Of a stretch of DNA of 44,611 bases, positions 18,258 to 26,513 are shown one piece after another; position 1 is the stretch's first letter, and the number at the start of each line of letters is the position of its first letter. Below the pieces are notes generated by a model. The model was not told the origin of the DNA and ran no database searches. It saw nothing but the letters and a program-made list of their open reading frames with translations. This DNA is from an uncultured Dehalococcoidia bacterium (lineage in GTDB: Bacteria; Chloroflexota; Dehalococcoidia; Lucifugimonadales; UBA826): positions 4,099-48,709 of the forward strand of contig CAYWYV010000001.1 in assembly GCA_964462705.1 (NCBI GenBank). The letters are read 5' to 3'. Made by a program: the position numbers and the translations under genes.

Positions 18258-18287
18258 TTGACCCATTTTTTCAGCTTGCTGTACAAT
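18258..18287 (+). promoter_or_regulatory. candidate sigma70-type promoter of coaE (-35 TTGACC, 18-nt spacer, -10 TACAAT)
   Basis: TTGACC at 18258-18263 and TACAAT at 18282-18287, about 32 nt upstream of the coaE ATG. The -35 is the right arm of the inverted repeat GGTCAAA-TATG-TTTGACC (18246-18263). Sequence match only. Confidence 0.4.
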
Positions 18288-18318
18288 GGCCGAATGATTT
18301 TTGCGGCGTAGGGGTTCA

Positions 18319-18915
18319 ATGCTCAAAATCGGATTGACAGGTGGCATAGGCACAGGCAAATCTTCCGTGTCGGAAGCTTTCCAGAGCCTAGGTGCTGCTG
18401 TTATTAATGCAGACTTACTAGGACATGACGCTTATCTTCCAGGAACCATTGGTTATGAAGAGGTCGTGACAGAATTTGGACAGGAAATAGTAGGTTCTGA
18501 CGGGCAAATTGACAGGAAAAAGCTAGGTCCTATCGTTTTCTCTGACTCTTCGAAGATGGACAGGCTTAATGAAATCATGCATCCGTTGATTAGAGACTTA
18601 ATAGAGGAACGCTTAGTGACGTTAGAGTCGAATCATAACAAGGTTGCTGTTGTCGAGGCCGCGATTTTAATAGAGGCAGGTTGGAAGTCGTTATTTGATG
18701 AAATATGGGTGGTTATTTCTGATCCTGAAGAGGTCATAAACCGCCTGGGAGTCAGAAATGGACTAAGTAGAGAGGATGCGGTAAAAAGAATAGATTCTCA
18801 AATGAGTAATAATGAGAGGATCGGCCACGGGGATGTGGTGGTGGAAAATACTGGCAGTATGGAAGACCTTCAAACCAGAGTCAATTCGCTATGGGCTAAG
18901 AGGATTTCCACATAA
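18319..18915 (+). CDS. coaE: dephospho-CoA kinase
   Basis: MLKIGLTGGIGTGKSS P-loop at the N-terminus, typical of CoaE. ATG 18319 is preferred over the track's TTG 18301. AGGGG lies 4-5 nt upstream. Confidence 0.9.
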   Translation: MLKIGLTGGIGTGKSSVSEAFQSLGAAVINADLLGHDAYLPGTIGYEEVVTEFGQEIVGSDGQIDRKKLGPIVFSDSSKMDRLNEIMHPLIRDLIEERLVTLESNHNKVAVVEAAILIEAGWKSLFDEIWVVISDPEEVINRLGVRNGLSREDAVKRIDSQMSNNERIGHGDVVVENTGSMEDLQTRVNSLWAKRIST

Positions 18916-18938
18916 ATTGAGGAGTTGAAAGTTTAATT

Positions 18939-19826
18939 ATGACAACCCAGACCCTTTATAAGAGTTACATCATTGAAGAATACCAGCTCTTAGAGGAGCC
19001 ATTCTATGTTCCCGTAGCGGATGAGATTGAGCTTTTTGAAGCTGCTTACAAACAAAAATTACCTTTGATATTTAAAGGTCCCACGGGATGCGGCAAAACG
19101 CGATTCGTGGAATATATGTCTTACCGTCTTGGCCTAGAGCTTACTAGAGTGAGAAAGGATGAGGGCGGAGAGGAGTCTAATAACGGCGTTAACATGCCGT
19201 TAGTGACTATTGCTTGTCATGAAGATTTGACGGCTAGTGACCTGGTCGGAAGGTACTTACTCGAAGGAGACCAGACTGTCTGGATTGATGGGCCGCTAAC
19301 TAGAGCCGTCAAAGTAGGGGGTATTTGCTACCTAGACGAGATTGTTGAGGCCCGTAAAGACACGACAGTATTGATACACCCTTTGACAGACCACAGAAGA
19401 ATACTTCCGGTAGAGAAAAGAGGGGAGTTATTGGAGGCGGCTGAGGGGTTTTTACTGGTTCTATCTTACAACCCAGGCTACCAAAGTGCTCTCAAGGACT
19501 TGAAACATAGCACGCGACAGAGATTCGTTTCTATCGAATTCGATTATCCTCCAAGGGATATAGAAGCTGAAATAGTTCAGCACGAGGCTGGGATAGATAA
19601 GGACACAGCAGACCAGTTGGCAAAACTTGGGGAGAAGATAAGAAACTTGAAAGAGCATGGATTGGGGGAAGGAGCTAGCACGCGGCTGCTAATATACGCC
19701 GGTAAGTTGATGGCTCAAGGAATTCCGGCACGTCGGGCCTGTCAAGTCTCCGTGAACTGGGCAGTAACTGATGATCATGCAATTCAGCAGAGTATCACCG
19801 AGATAATTGCCTCAATATTTGAATAG
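18939..19826 (+). CDS. CbbQ/NorQ/NirQ-type MoxR AAA+ ATPase
   Basis: Collinear with CbbQ: [92 protein letters not shown], and the CbbQ_C-like tail. It has a roughly 20-aa acidic insertion ([19 protein letters not shown]) after the P-loop helix. Confidence 0.9.
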   Translation: MTTQTLYKSYIIEEYQLLEEPFYVPVADEIELFEAAYKQKLPLIFKGPTGCGKTRFVEYMSYRLGLELTRVRKDEGGEESNNGVNMPLVTIACHEDLTASDLVGRYLLEGDQTVWIDGPLTRAVKVGGICYLDEIVEARKDTTVLIHPLTDHRRILPVEKRGELLEAAEGFLLVLSYNPGYQSALKDLKHSTRQRFVSIEFDYPPRDIEAEIVQHEAGIDKDTADQLAKLGEKIRNLKEHGLGEGASTRLLIYAGKLMAQGIPARRACQVSVNWAVTDDHAIQQSITEIIASIFE

Positions 19827-20412
19827 AAATTTTTCGGACGTTGCTTTGAGAACAAATTTCGATTTGATTGCAAAGTCGGTTGAGCAATGCTCTCCTCAAA
19901 CGATAGATAGTACGAACCTTAAGCCGGCCGGGGTGATGGTTCTCTTATTTGAGAGAGAGGGAGAGCACGCGGTTATTCTAAACCGGAGGACAAACATAGT
20001 GGATCATCATAAAGGAGAAATATCCTTCCCTGGCGGTAGGATGGAATCCGATGATGAAGGGCTGCTTGACACCGCTCTTAGGGAAACCTTTGAAGAGATG
20101 GGAATCAAAAAAGAATATATAACCGTTCTAGGCAGTCTAGATGATACTCAGACTAAAACTGGATACATGATACGGCCTTTTGTTGGGATCATCGATTATC
20201 CGTACAGTTATACTCTGAGTAAGTACGAGGTTGAAGAAGTCTTAGAGATGCCTCTTTTTGGACTTTTTAGATCCGAATACCAGAGAGACGAGATCCATTT
20301 ATTACAACAAAATGAGGTGAAGTCACCAGTATATGTCTTTGATGGAAATGTTGTTTTTGGTGCGACTGCAAGAATTCTCGAGAATCTCGCAGACATAGTC
20401 TCCTCAACTTGA
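19807..20412 (+). CDS. NUDIX hydrolase, NudL-like (CoA pyrophosphatase signature)
   Basis: [22 protein letters not shown] aligns with the NudL motif LLTxR[SA]x3Rx3Gx3FPGG (the R is replaced by D). It is followed by the Nudix box ...[11 protein letters not shown]. The start is uncertain: TTG 19807 overlaps the upstream stop (19824-19826), and later in-frame TTGs exist. Confidence 0.72.
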   Translation: MPQYLNRNFSDVALRTNFDLIAKSVEQCSPQTIDSTNLKPAGVMVLLFEREGEHAVILNRRTNIVDHHKGEISFPGGRMESDDEGLLDTALRETFEEMGIKKEYITVLGSLDDTQTKTGYMIRPFVGIIDYPYSYTLSKYEVEEVLEMPLFGLFRSEYQRDEIHLLQQNEVKSPVYVFDGNVVFGATARILENLADIVSST

Positions 20413-20449
20413 TCATTTAAGGAAGCCTGTAAAACAGATAGGAGCGGTC

Positions 20450-23400
20450 GTGGCATCTAAAGTCCCCCCAGTACTAGCGGCGCTAAAATCAGATTTTGAG
20501 AAATACCCGGAACCTGTTCTGGAACGTTTCGAACGATCAGCAAAGAGAATGCCTTCTGCATTGACCGACGAGCAGCTTTTGTTCTGGGCAAAAATGGGCA
20601 TTACTATTGCTGATCAAACTGTCAGGTCGTGGGAAGCAGCTTCGCATTTTTATCAAGTTAGTCCCGCAGTGCTCGCATCTATGCCTTATAGTTATTTTGA
20701 AAAATGGATGGAGTGTGGTTCTAAGTTATGTGAAGAATCTCCCACTCTCGCCTCGGCGTATTTTGAAGCAAGCCCAGGGGCTATGGGGAAACTCAGGTCC
20801 CGTCATATTGAAAGTTGGGCTGGCCTAGGGGATAGTCTGTACAAGGGAACTTGGAAATCTTCTACCTTGGCTTGTAAATTCTTTGCACACAGCCCTGCTT
20901 TACTGGATACTCTTTCTTTTCAGGAACTGGAAAGATTCGCAGGGTTTCTTGATGCTCTTTCCCACCGCTCATACGACTTAGCATCTGAATGCCTGGCACT
21001 TGGAGAGCAGATATTCCCACTCGTTGGTGAGGATAAAGATGCTTTTTTATCTCTTGCATCCACGTTGGTTGATACAGGTTGGAGAGAAGTCAAAAGTTTT
21101 TTCGAAGCCGGTTCCAAAGCACTCCCACGGATAGAGCCAGATCAAAGGCTTAGATTCATGAAATTAGCTGAGAATTTGGTGCAAAATGGAGGAACAAATA
21201 TCCCGGGTACGATGCTTGAGATCTCTCAGGCATTGTCAGAACTGGAGGAAGAGAATCACAGTATTGTGTTGGGACTTGCTGAAAACCTTCTAGATGAAGA
21301 AGCTTTGGCAATGCCAGAATTCATAAAGTCAGCTCCAAATGCGCTGGAAAAGCTAACCATATCTCAGTTAGGACGTTGGTATGAAGAGGGGGTAAATACT
21401 CTCAAGCAGAATCGAGATGGTGGGTTGGCTTACTTCCGCATTGAATCCTCCCACTCAGAAGAGGTAATTGAGGCTCTCTCGAGTGGAATAGAGTTTGATC
21501 GCGTCAAACCCGTTATGGAGATGTACTGTAGAGGGCTGGCAGGTGCGGAGATAAAGCTTGCCCAGACTGGGGATCTTGTTGAAAAGAACATAGGATGGGT
21601 TTCGAATGAATCCCCGACTACCGAGGGCTCTACAGTGTATGTTCCGACTGCTGTGGACAGGTACACTTCTAAGGAAGAAAATTTCTCCTGGTTCAAAGTA
21701 GTATCTACCCATCAAGTCGCCCACTTAGAATTTGGGAGTTTTGGTTTTGAATTTGAAACCAAATCGACGCTATTTGATGATTTAAGACCGAGGCTTGAGG
21801 AAATACGTACTGAGTCTGCTTCGAAAAAACTGGAAGAACAAGTAGAGGCAGCGCTCCAGCAACCTGAAGGATCTGAACTGGAAGAAATCGACACAGCACA
21901 ATCAGAGGAAATCGACAAATCTGATGCCGAAGAAACCTCACAAGGCCTCGAGAGGGCCTGGTTGACGGATATGCAGAGGTATTTTGACCTATTTGAGGAT
22001 CGTAAATTGGCGTTAGACATATTTACAGTAGTTGAGGATGGACGTCTTGATTCTCGAGTGAAAATTGAATACCCAGGGATAAAGTCTTCCTATACGAAAG
22101 TGCAATCAGATTCCCATGAGAATCGGGTGGATATAAAAGAATTGCCCGCAAGAGAAGCTCTGGTTGAATTTATGGTTCGCCTGAGCCTTCAACAGTATGA
22201 GGGAGTCGAGGCGCCGATACGTTACTCGGATGAGGCAAAAAGAATTGCTGTTCTTGCTAAAAGAGTACTTGTTCCTGAAGCAACGGTGGAAGACGTCTCA
22301 GAAGCTTCATTGAGGATATACGCCATTATCGCTGGAATTCCAAACGAGGAAATTCCTCCAGAAGATTGGGACGATATGGACTTCGAAGATGAAGACGAGG
22401 ATGAATATGAAGATCCTGATGAAATGGAACAATTACTCCAGCAGATAGGAATGGGCATGGAAATGGAGCTTCGTCCTGAAGGTGAGGAGGAGTACGAGTC
22501 CATTGAAGATGTGGACTTTAGGGGCGATTTTAAGCCTGAATTAGCCCAACTTATGACTGAACTCCGTATGCAGCAGCAAGATCAAATGACTGATGCAGAA
22601 GGAGAACCTCTAACACAAGAACAGCTTCAAGAGCTGCTGGAGAATAGTGCAGAACTTGATCTCCAGGCGGTACAGGGAGAAATACAAGAATCAAGTGGAA
22701 TGTTTGCCGATAACATAATGAAGGAGGCTGGTGCTGATATGCCACAGTCCCCAGAGAATTCCCAAGGTCCATTTGTTCATGTGGATGAGGAAGGGGGAGA
22801 GCTAGAATCAGCTGAGCCTGAAACGTTTGTCTACGATGAGTGGGATTTTAGGGCTGATGACTATAAACCTAGATGGTGTGTAGTGAAACAGAAGATGATG
22901 CAAGAAGGAGACCCAACCTATTTCGGCGCTACGCTCAATGAATATGGGACTCTCGTGACCAGAATTCGAAGACAGTTTGAAATGATGGTTCCTGAGATGA
23001 TGAGAAAAGAGCGGAAGCTCATGGATGGGGAAGATATCGACATAGATGACGTTATCGAAAATATGGTTGATATAAAAACTGGAGCCAGCCCAGACGAAAA
23101 ATTTTATTGGAGGCGGAACAAAGTTCAAAGGGACGTAGCTGTTGCTTTTTTACTTGATACGAGTGCATCAACTGCGGAGGCGATTGATGAGGGTAAGAAG
23201 AATCAGGACGATTGGGACGCGCCAGATGATCCAGTGGAATATATGGTGTGGCTTAGGACTCGCCGTGGAGAGCAAATGCGCCGATCCTATAAACGGATCA
23301 TCGACATGGAAAAAGAGTCTATGGTACTGCTTATAAATGCCCTTGAAGCAATTGGTGATACCTATGGGATATATGGTTTTTCAGGGTACGGACGGGAAAA

Positions 23401-23818
23401 TGTGGAATATTACACAGTTAAAGATTTGCAGGAGAATTTTTCTGACCGAGTAAAAAAGAGAATAGATCGCATAGCCCCTCTTCATGCAACAAGAATGGGT
23501 CCAGCTATACGTCACACCGCTTACAAACTGGAGCAAACTGATGCTCGGACAAAAATACTTTTTATGATAAGTGACGGAAGGCCGCAAGATAGGGGTTATA
23601 GCAGAGAAGGAGTCGAGAAAGAATACGCTGTTCACGACACTAAAATGGCTTTTGACGAGGCTAAGAAGAAAGGAATTAATTCCTTTTGTCTAACAGTGGA
23701 TAAGAATGGTCATGACTATCTCAAAACGATGTGCTCTGACATGGGGTATGAAATTCTAGATGATATCAATGACTTACCAGAGCGCTTGTTGGTCTTGTAC
23801 AGACGCCTAACAATGTAG
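20450..23818 (+). CDS. large NorD/CbbO-like von Willebrand factor A (VWA) protein, 1122 aa
   Basis: GTG start with GGAG 5 nt upstream. The C-terminal VWA domain has MIDAS residues (AFLLDTSAS, HATRMGPAIRH, FMISDGRPQD) and a NorD-type tail (FCLTVD, LPERLLVLYRRL). Mid-region contains STHQVAHLEFG. The N-terminal ~320 aa are built of degenerate helical repeats. An acidic patch lies at residues ~633-690. Confidence 0.85.
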   Translation: MASKVPPVLAALKSDFEKYPEPVLERFERSAKRMPSALTDEQLLFWAKMGITIADQTVRSWEAASHFYQVSPAVLASMPYSYFEKWMECGSKLCEESPTLASAYFEASPGAMGKLRSRHIESWAGLGDSLYKGTWKSSTLACKFFAHSPALLDTLSFQELERFAGFLDALSHRSYDLASECLALGEQIFPLVGEDKDAFLSLASTLVDTGWREVKSFFEAGSKALPRIEPDQRLRFMKLAENLVQNGGTNIPGTMLEISQALSELEEENHSIVLGLAENLLDEEALAMPEFIKSAPNALEKLTISQLGRWYEEGVNTLKQNRDGGLAYFRIESSHSEEVIEALSSGIEFDRVKPVMEMYCRGLAGAEIKLAQTGDLVEKNIGWVSNESPTTEGSTVYVPTAVDRYTSKEENFSWFKVVSTHQVAHLEFGSFGFEFETKSTLFDDLRPRLEEIRTESASKKLEEQVEAALQQPEGSELEEIDTAQSEEIDKSDAEETSQGLERAWLTDMQRYFDLFEDRKLALDIFTVVEDGRLDSRVKIEYPGIKSSYTKVQSDSHENRVDIKELPAREALVEFMVRLSLQQYEGVEAPIRYSDEAKRIAVLAKRVLVPEATVEDVSEASLRIYAIIAGIPNEEIPPEDWDDMDFEDEDEDEYEDPDEMEQLLQQIGMGMEMELRPEGEEEYESIEDVDFRGDFKPELAQLMTELRMQQQDQMTDAEGEPLTQEQLQELLENSAELDLQAVQGEIQESSGMFADNIMKEAGADMPQSPENSQGPFVHVDEEGGELESAEPETFVYDEWDFRADDYKPRWCVVKQKMMQEGDPTYFGATLNEYGTLVTRIRRQFEMMVPEMMRKERKLMDGEDIDIDDVIENMVDIKTGASPDEKFYWRRNKVQRDVAVAFLLDTSASTAEAIDEGKKNQDDWDAPDDPVEYMVWLRTRRGEQMRRSYKRIIDMEKESMVLLINALEAIGDTYGIYGFSGYGRENVEYYTVKDLQENFSDRVKKRIDRIAPLHATRMGPAIRHTAYKLEQTDARTKILFMISDGRPQDRGYSREGVEKEYAVHDTKMAFDEAKKKGINSFCLTVDKNGHDYLKTMCSDMGYEILDDINDLPERLLVLYRRLTM

Positions 23819-23846
23819 CTCTATATAACTGATAACTTAGGTACGA

Positions 23847-25310
23847 ATGTTGGACTGTGTTGTAGCAATTGATGTGGGAACTTCTTCGGTAAGGGCTTCC
23901 TCCTACGATGTTAGTGCCAATGTGATTCCAAATTGCTCGGTGGTAGTTCCGATATCGATCAATTACACAACTGATGGTGGGGCATACGGGGATGCTGTTG
24001 AAATTGCTAAAAATGTAGAGGCCTGCGTCGATCAGCTTATAAACCTGTGCCATGATCAAGACCTGAGGATTTTAGCAGTCGGAATTGATGTATTTGCAGG
24101 GACCTACGTTGGTTTGAATACTAATGATGAACCTGTTACAGATCTGTTTACATACGCTGAAACAAGGTCTTTTGAACAAGCTACGGCACTCCGAGAAAAT
24201 TTTATATCTAGCCTGGATACCCAAAAGACAGGGGTCCCCGTACATTCCGCGTATTTCCCTCCTATTTATAGATGGTTGAAAGACAATAATTCATTACCGT
24301 GCGATCCTGTGTTATGGACCGATATAGGTGGATTTTTGTTTAAAAGATGGTTTGATGAATCTCCCTCTATTAGTTTTTCAATAGCCTCTTGGATGGGACT
24401 CATGGATCGTTCAACAGAGACAATTAATGAGGACTTGCTCAAATTTCTTGATCTGAGCCCAGATAATTTTCCGGAGACCAAACCTTATGACCAGGCTCTT
24501 GTAGGATTCTCAGAAATGTTTGCCAAAAGATGGCCTACTTTGGAGGGAGTACCATTTCTATTACCAGTAGGAGATGGTGCAGCTGCTACAGTCGGAAGTG
24601 GGTGTGCATCTTTTAAAAGAGCTGCACTGACAATCGGGACCACAGGTTCACTTCGTATATTTGTTGAAGGCCATAATGTGTACATTCCAGACGGGCTCTG
24701 GTCCTACAGGTTAGCTAATAATTCACTTATAGGTGGTTCATTAAATGATGGTGGCACTCTTCTTTCTTGGGGGATGGCTAATCTCAAAATTCCGTCCAAT
24801 TACGAACAGTTGGATCAAAAGTTGTTTGAATCAAGGCCTAATAGTCATGGATTAACCTCCCTTCCGTTTCTTACTGGAGAACGAAGCCCGGGATGGGCCG
24901 TAAATGCCCGTGCTGCTATTTCCGGAATAAGGATCGACACAACAGGAATAGATATAGTGCAGTCGTTGATAGAATCTATGTCCTATCGGTTTAAGCTGGT
25001 CTACGATATTATCTGTCAGGATGTTGCTGAACCTACTGCCATCGTAGCGAGTGGAGGTGCGCTGGAGAATTCGATGTATCTAGCGCAGGTCATGGCCGAC
25101 GTGTTGGGTTCGGAGATTCTAGTGCCCGAATCTAAACAACTCACCTCTAGAGGAACTGCTATTCTTGCACTTAAGTATTCGGGTTTATGGAAGACCTTGG
25201 ACGAATATTTACCCGTAACTGGGCATAAGGTCGAACCAGATATGCGAAGAAACAAGATTTACTTAGATGCGATTGCTCAACACAAAACCTTGTATGAAAT
25301 GCTAATATGA
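23847..25310 (+). CDS. FGGY-family carbohydrate kinase (gluconokinase-like)
   Basis: N-terminal AIDVGTSSVRA (DxGTS/T actin-fold phosphate-1 motif). C-terminal ASGGALENSMYLAQVMADVLG. The specific sugar is not assignable by eye. Confidence 0.85.
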   Translation: MLDCVVAIDVGTSSVRASSYDVSANVIPNCSVVVPISINYTTDGGAYGDAVEIAKNVEACVDQLINLCHDQDLRILAVGIDVFAGTYVGLNTNDEPVTDLFTYAETRSFEQATALRENFISSLDTQKTGVPVHSAYFPPIYRWLKDNNSLPCDPVLWTDIGGFLFKRWFDESPSISFSIASWMGLMDRSTETINEDLLKFLDLSPDNFPETKPYDQALVGFSEMFAKRWPTLEGVPFLLPVGDGAAATVGSGCASFKRAALTIGTTGSLRIFVEGHNVYIPDGLWSYRLANNSLIGGSLNDGGTLLSWGMANLKIPSNYEQLDQKLFESRPNSHGLTSLPFLTGERSPGWAVNARAAISGIRIDTTGIDIVQSLIESMSYRFKLVYDIICQDVAEPTAIVASGGALENSMYLAQVMADVLGSEILVPESKQLTSRGTAILALKYSGLWKTLDEYLPVTGHKVEPDMRRNKIYLDAIAQHKTLYEMLI

Positions 25311-25387
25311 AGGTGATTGGAACCTAGTCTATTTAGGTAGGCATATGGCTCGTGTGTCTGAATAGTAATAATTGTGGAGTTATTGAA

Positions 25388-26503
25388 ATGACCCAATCTT
25401 TAATACTAAAAAAACTCAGAGATTTGGGTCAGTCGGTGTGGTATGACAATATTAGTCGAGAGCTTATACAGAGTGGAGGACTAGGTGAAATTGTAGCGAA
25501 TGGAGTTACTGGATTGACCTCTAATCCTTCCATTTTTGAAAAGGCTATTTCCACTAGCTCTGTATATGACAGCGACATAGAGTCTCTGGCCCGACATGAC
25601 TTGAGAGACGACGAGATTTTTGAAGCATTAGCTATATCAGACATTCAGGATGCCGCTGACTTGTTGAGCGATATATATCATGCGACTGGCCAAACGGATG
25701 GATTTGTCTCACTGGAGGTTAATCCTCATCTTGCAACGGACACTAAGGGAACTATCGAGGAAGCTAGGAAGCTGTTTCAAGCCGTTGACAGGCCAAATCT
25801 TATGATAAAGGTTCCGGCCACTCCTGCAGGTATCCCAGCCATAAAGACTCTCATTTGTGAGGGTATAAACGTCAACGTGACTCTTATATTCTCTAGGGTG
25901 GTGTATGGGACTGTTAGAGAGGCATATATATCTGGTTTAGAAGAATTATCAAATAGGGGAGGGGACCTGAGTAAAGTTTCCTCCGTAGCTTCTTTTTTCG
26001 TTAGTAGAGTGGATACCGCCATTGATGGATGTTTGGAAGAATCAGACCAGCATTTGATTGGGAAATCAGCCATTGCCAATGCTAAAGCGGCCTATGAAGA
26101 TTTTCGCCAGACATTTTCTTTGGGTCGGTATCAAACTTTGCAAAATAGCGGTGCTAAGGTTCAAAGGCCTTTATGGGCGAGTACAAGCGTAAAAAATCCA
26201 GACTTTAGTGATGTTATGTATGTAGACTCGTTGATAGGTTCTGACACTGTAAATACTATGCCGGATGTCACGTTAGAAGCATATAAAGATCATGGCAATC
26301 CAAGTCTTACAATACAAAGCAACTTAGACGATTCTTTGGCTCACTTGGACATGATTGAGGATGCTGGCGTTAATATGGATGAGATTACGGAAAAATTACT
26401 TGTCGATGGGCTCAAGGCATTTTCTGACTCCTATGACCAATTGATAGAGAACATTTCTGATAAGAGGACATCACTCCTGCTAGAACAACAGAGCTCAGAT
26501 TGA
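25388..26503 (+). CDS. tal: transaldolase (long, type-2-like form)
   Basis: GQSVWYDNISRELI, GLTSNPSIFEKAI and Schiff-base lysine context LMIKVPATPAG. ATG 25388 with GGAG 8 nt upstream is preferred over the track's GTG 25352. Confidence 0.9.
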   Translation: MTQSLILKKLRDLGQSVWYDNISRELIQSGGLGEIVANGVTGLTSNPSIFEKAISTSSVYDSDIESLARHDLRDDEIFEALAISDIQDAADLLSDIYHATGQTDGFVSLEVNPHLATDTKGTIEEARKLFQAVDRPNLMIKVPATPAGIPAIKTLICEGINVNVTLIFSRVVYGTVREAYISGLEELSNRGGDLSKVSSVASFFVSRVDTAIDGCLEESDQHLIGKSAIANAKAAYEDFRQTFSLGRYQTLQNSGAKVQRPLWASTSVKNPDFSDVMYVDSLIGSDTVNTMPDVTLEAYKDHGNPSLTIQSNLDDSLAHLDMIEDAGVNMDEITEKLLVDGLKAFSDSYDQLIENISDKRTSLLLEQQSSD

Positions 26504-26513
26504 AGTCTCCAAA

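Noticed and set aside
21430-23128. A series of minus-strand ORFs (60-106 aa), including a Ser-rich one at 22222-22503, inside the VWA gene.
   Set aside because: They are antisense shadows of a GAA/GAT-rich coding region (Ser from TCT/TCA/TCC opposite Glu/Asp codons). None has recognisable motifs.
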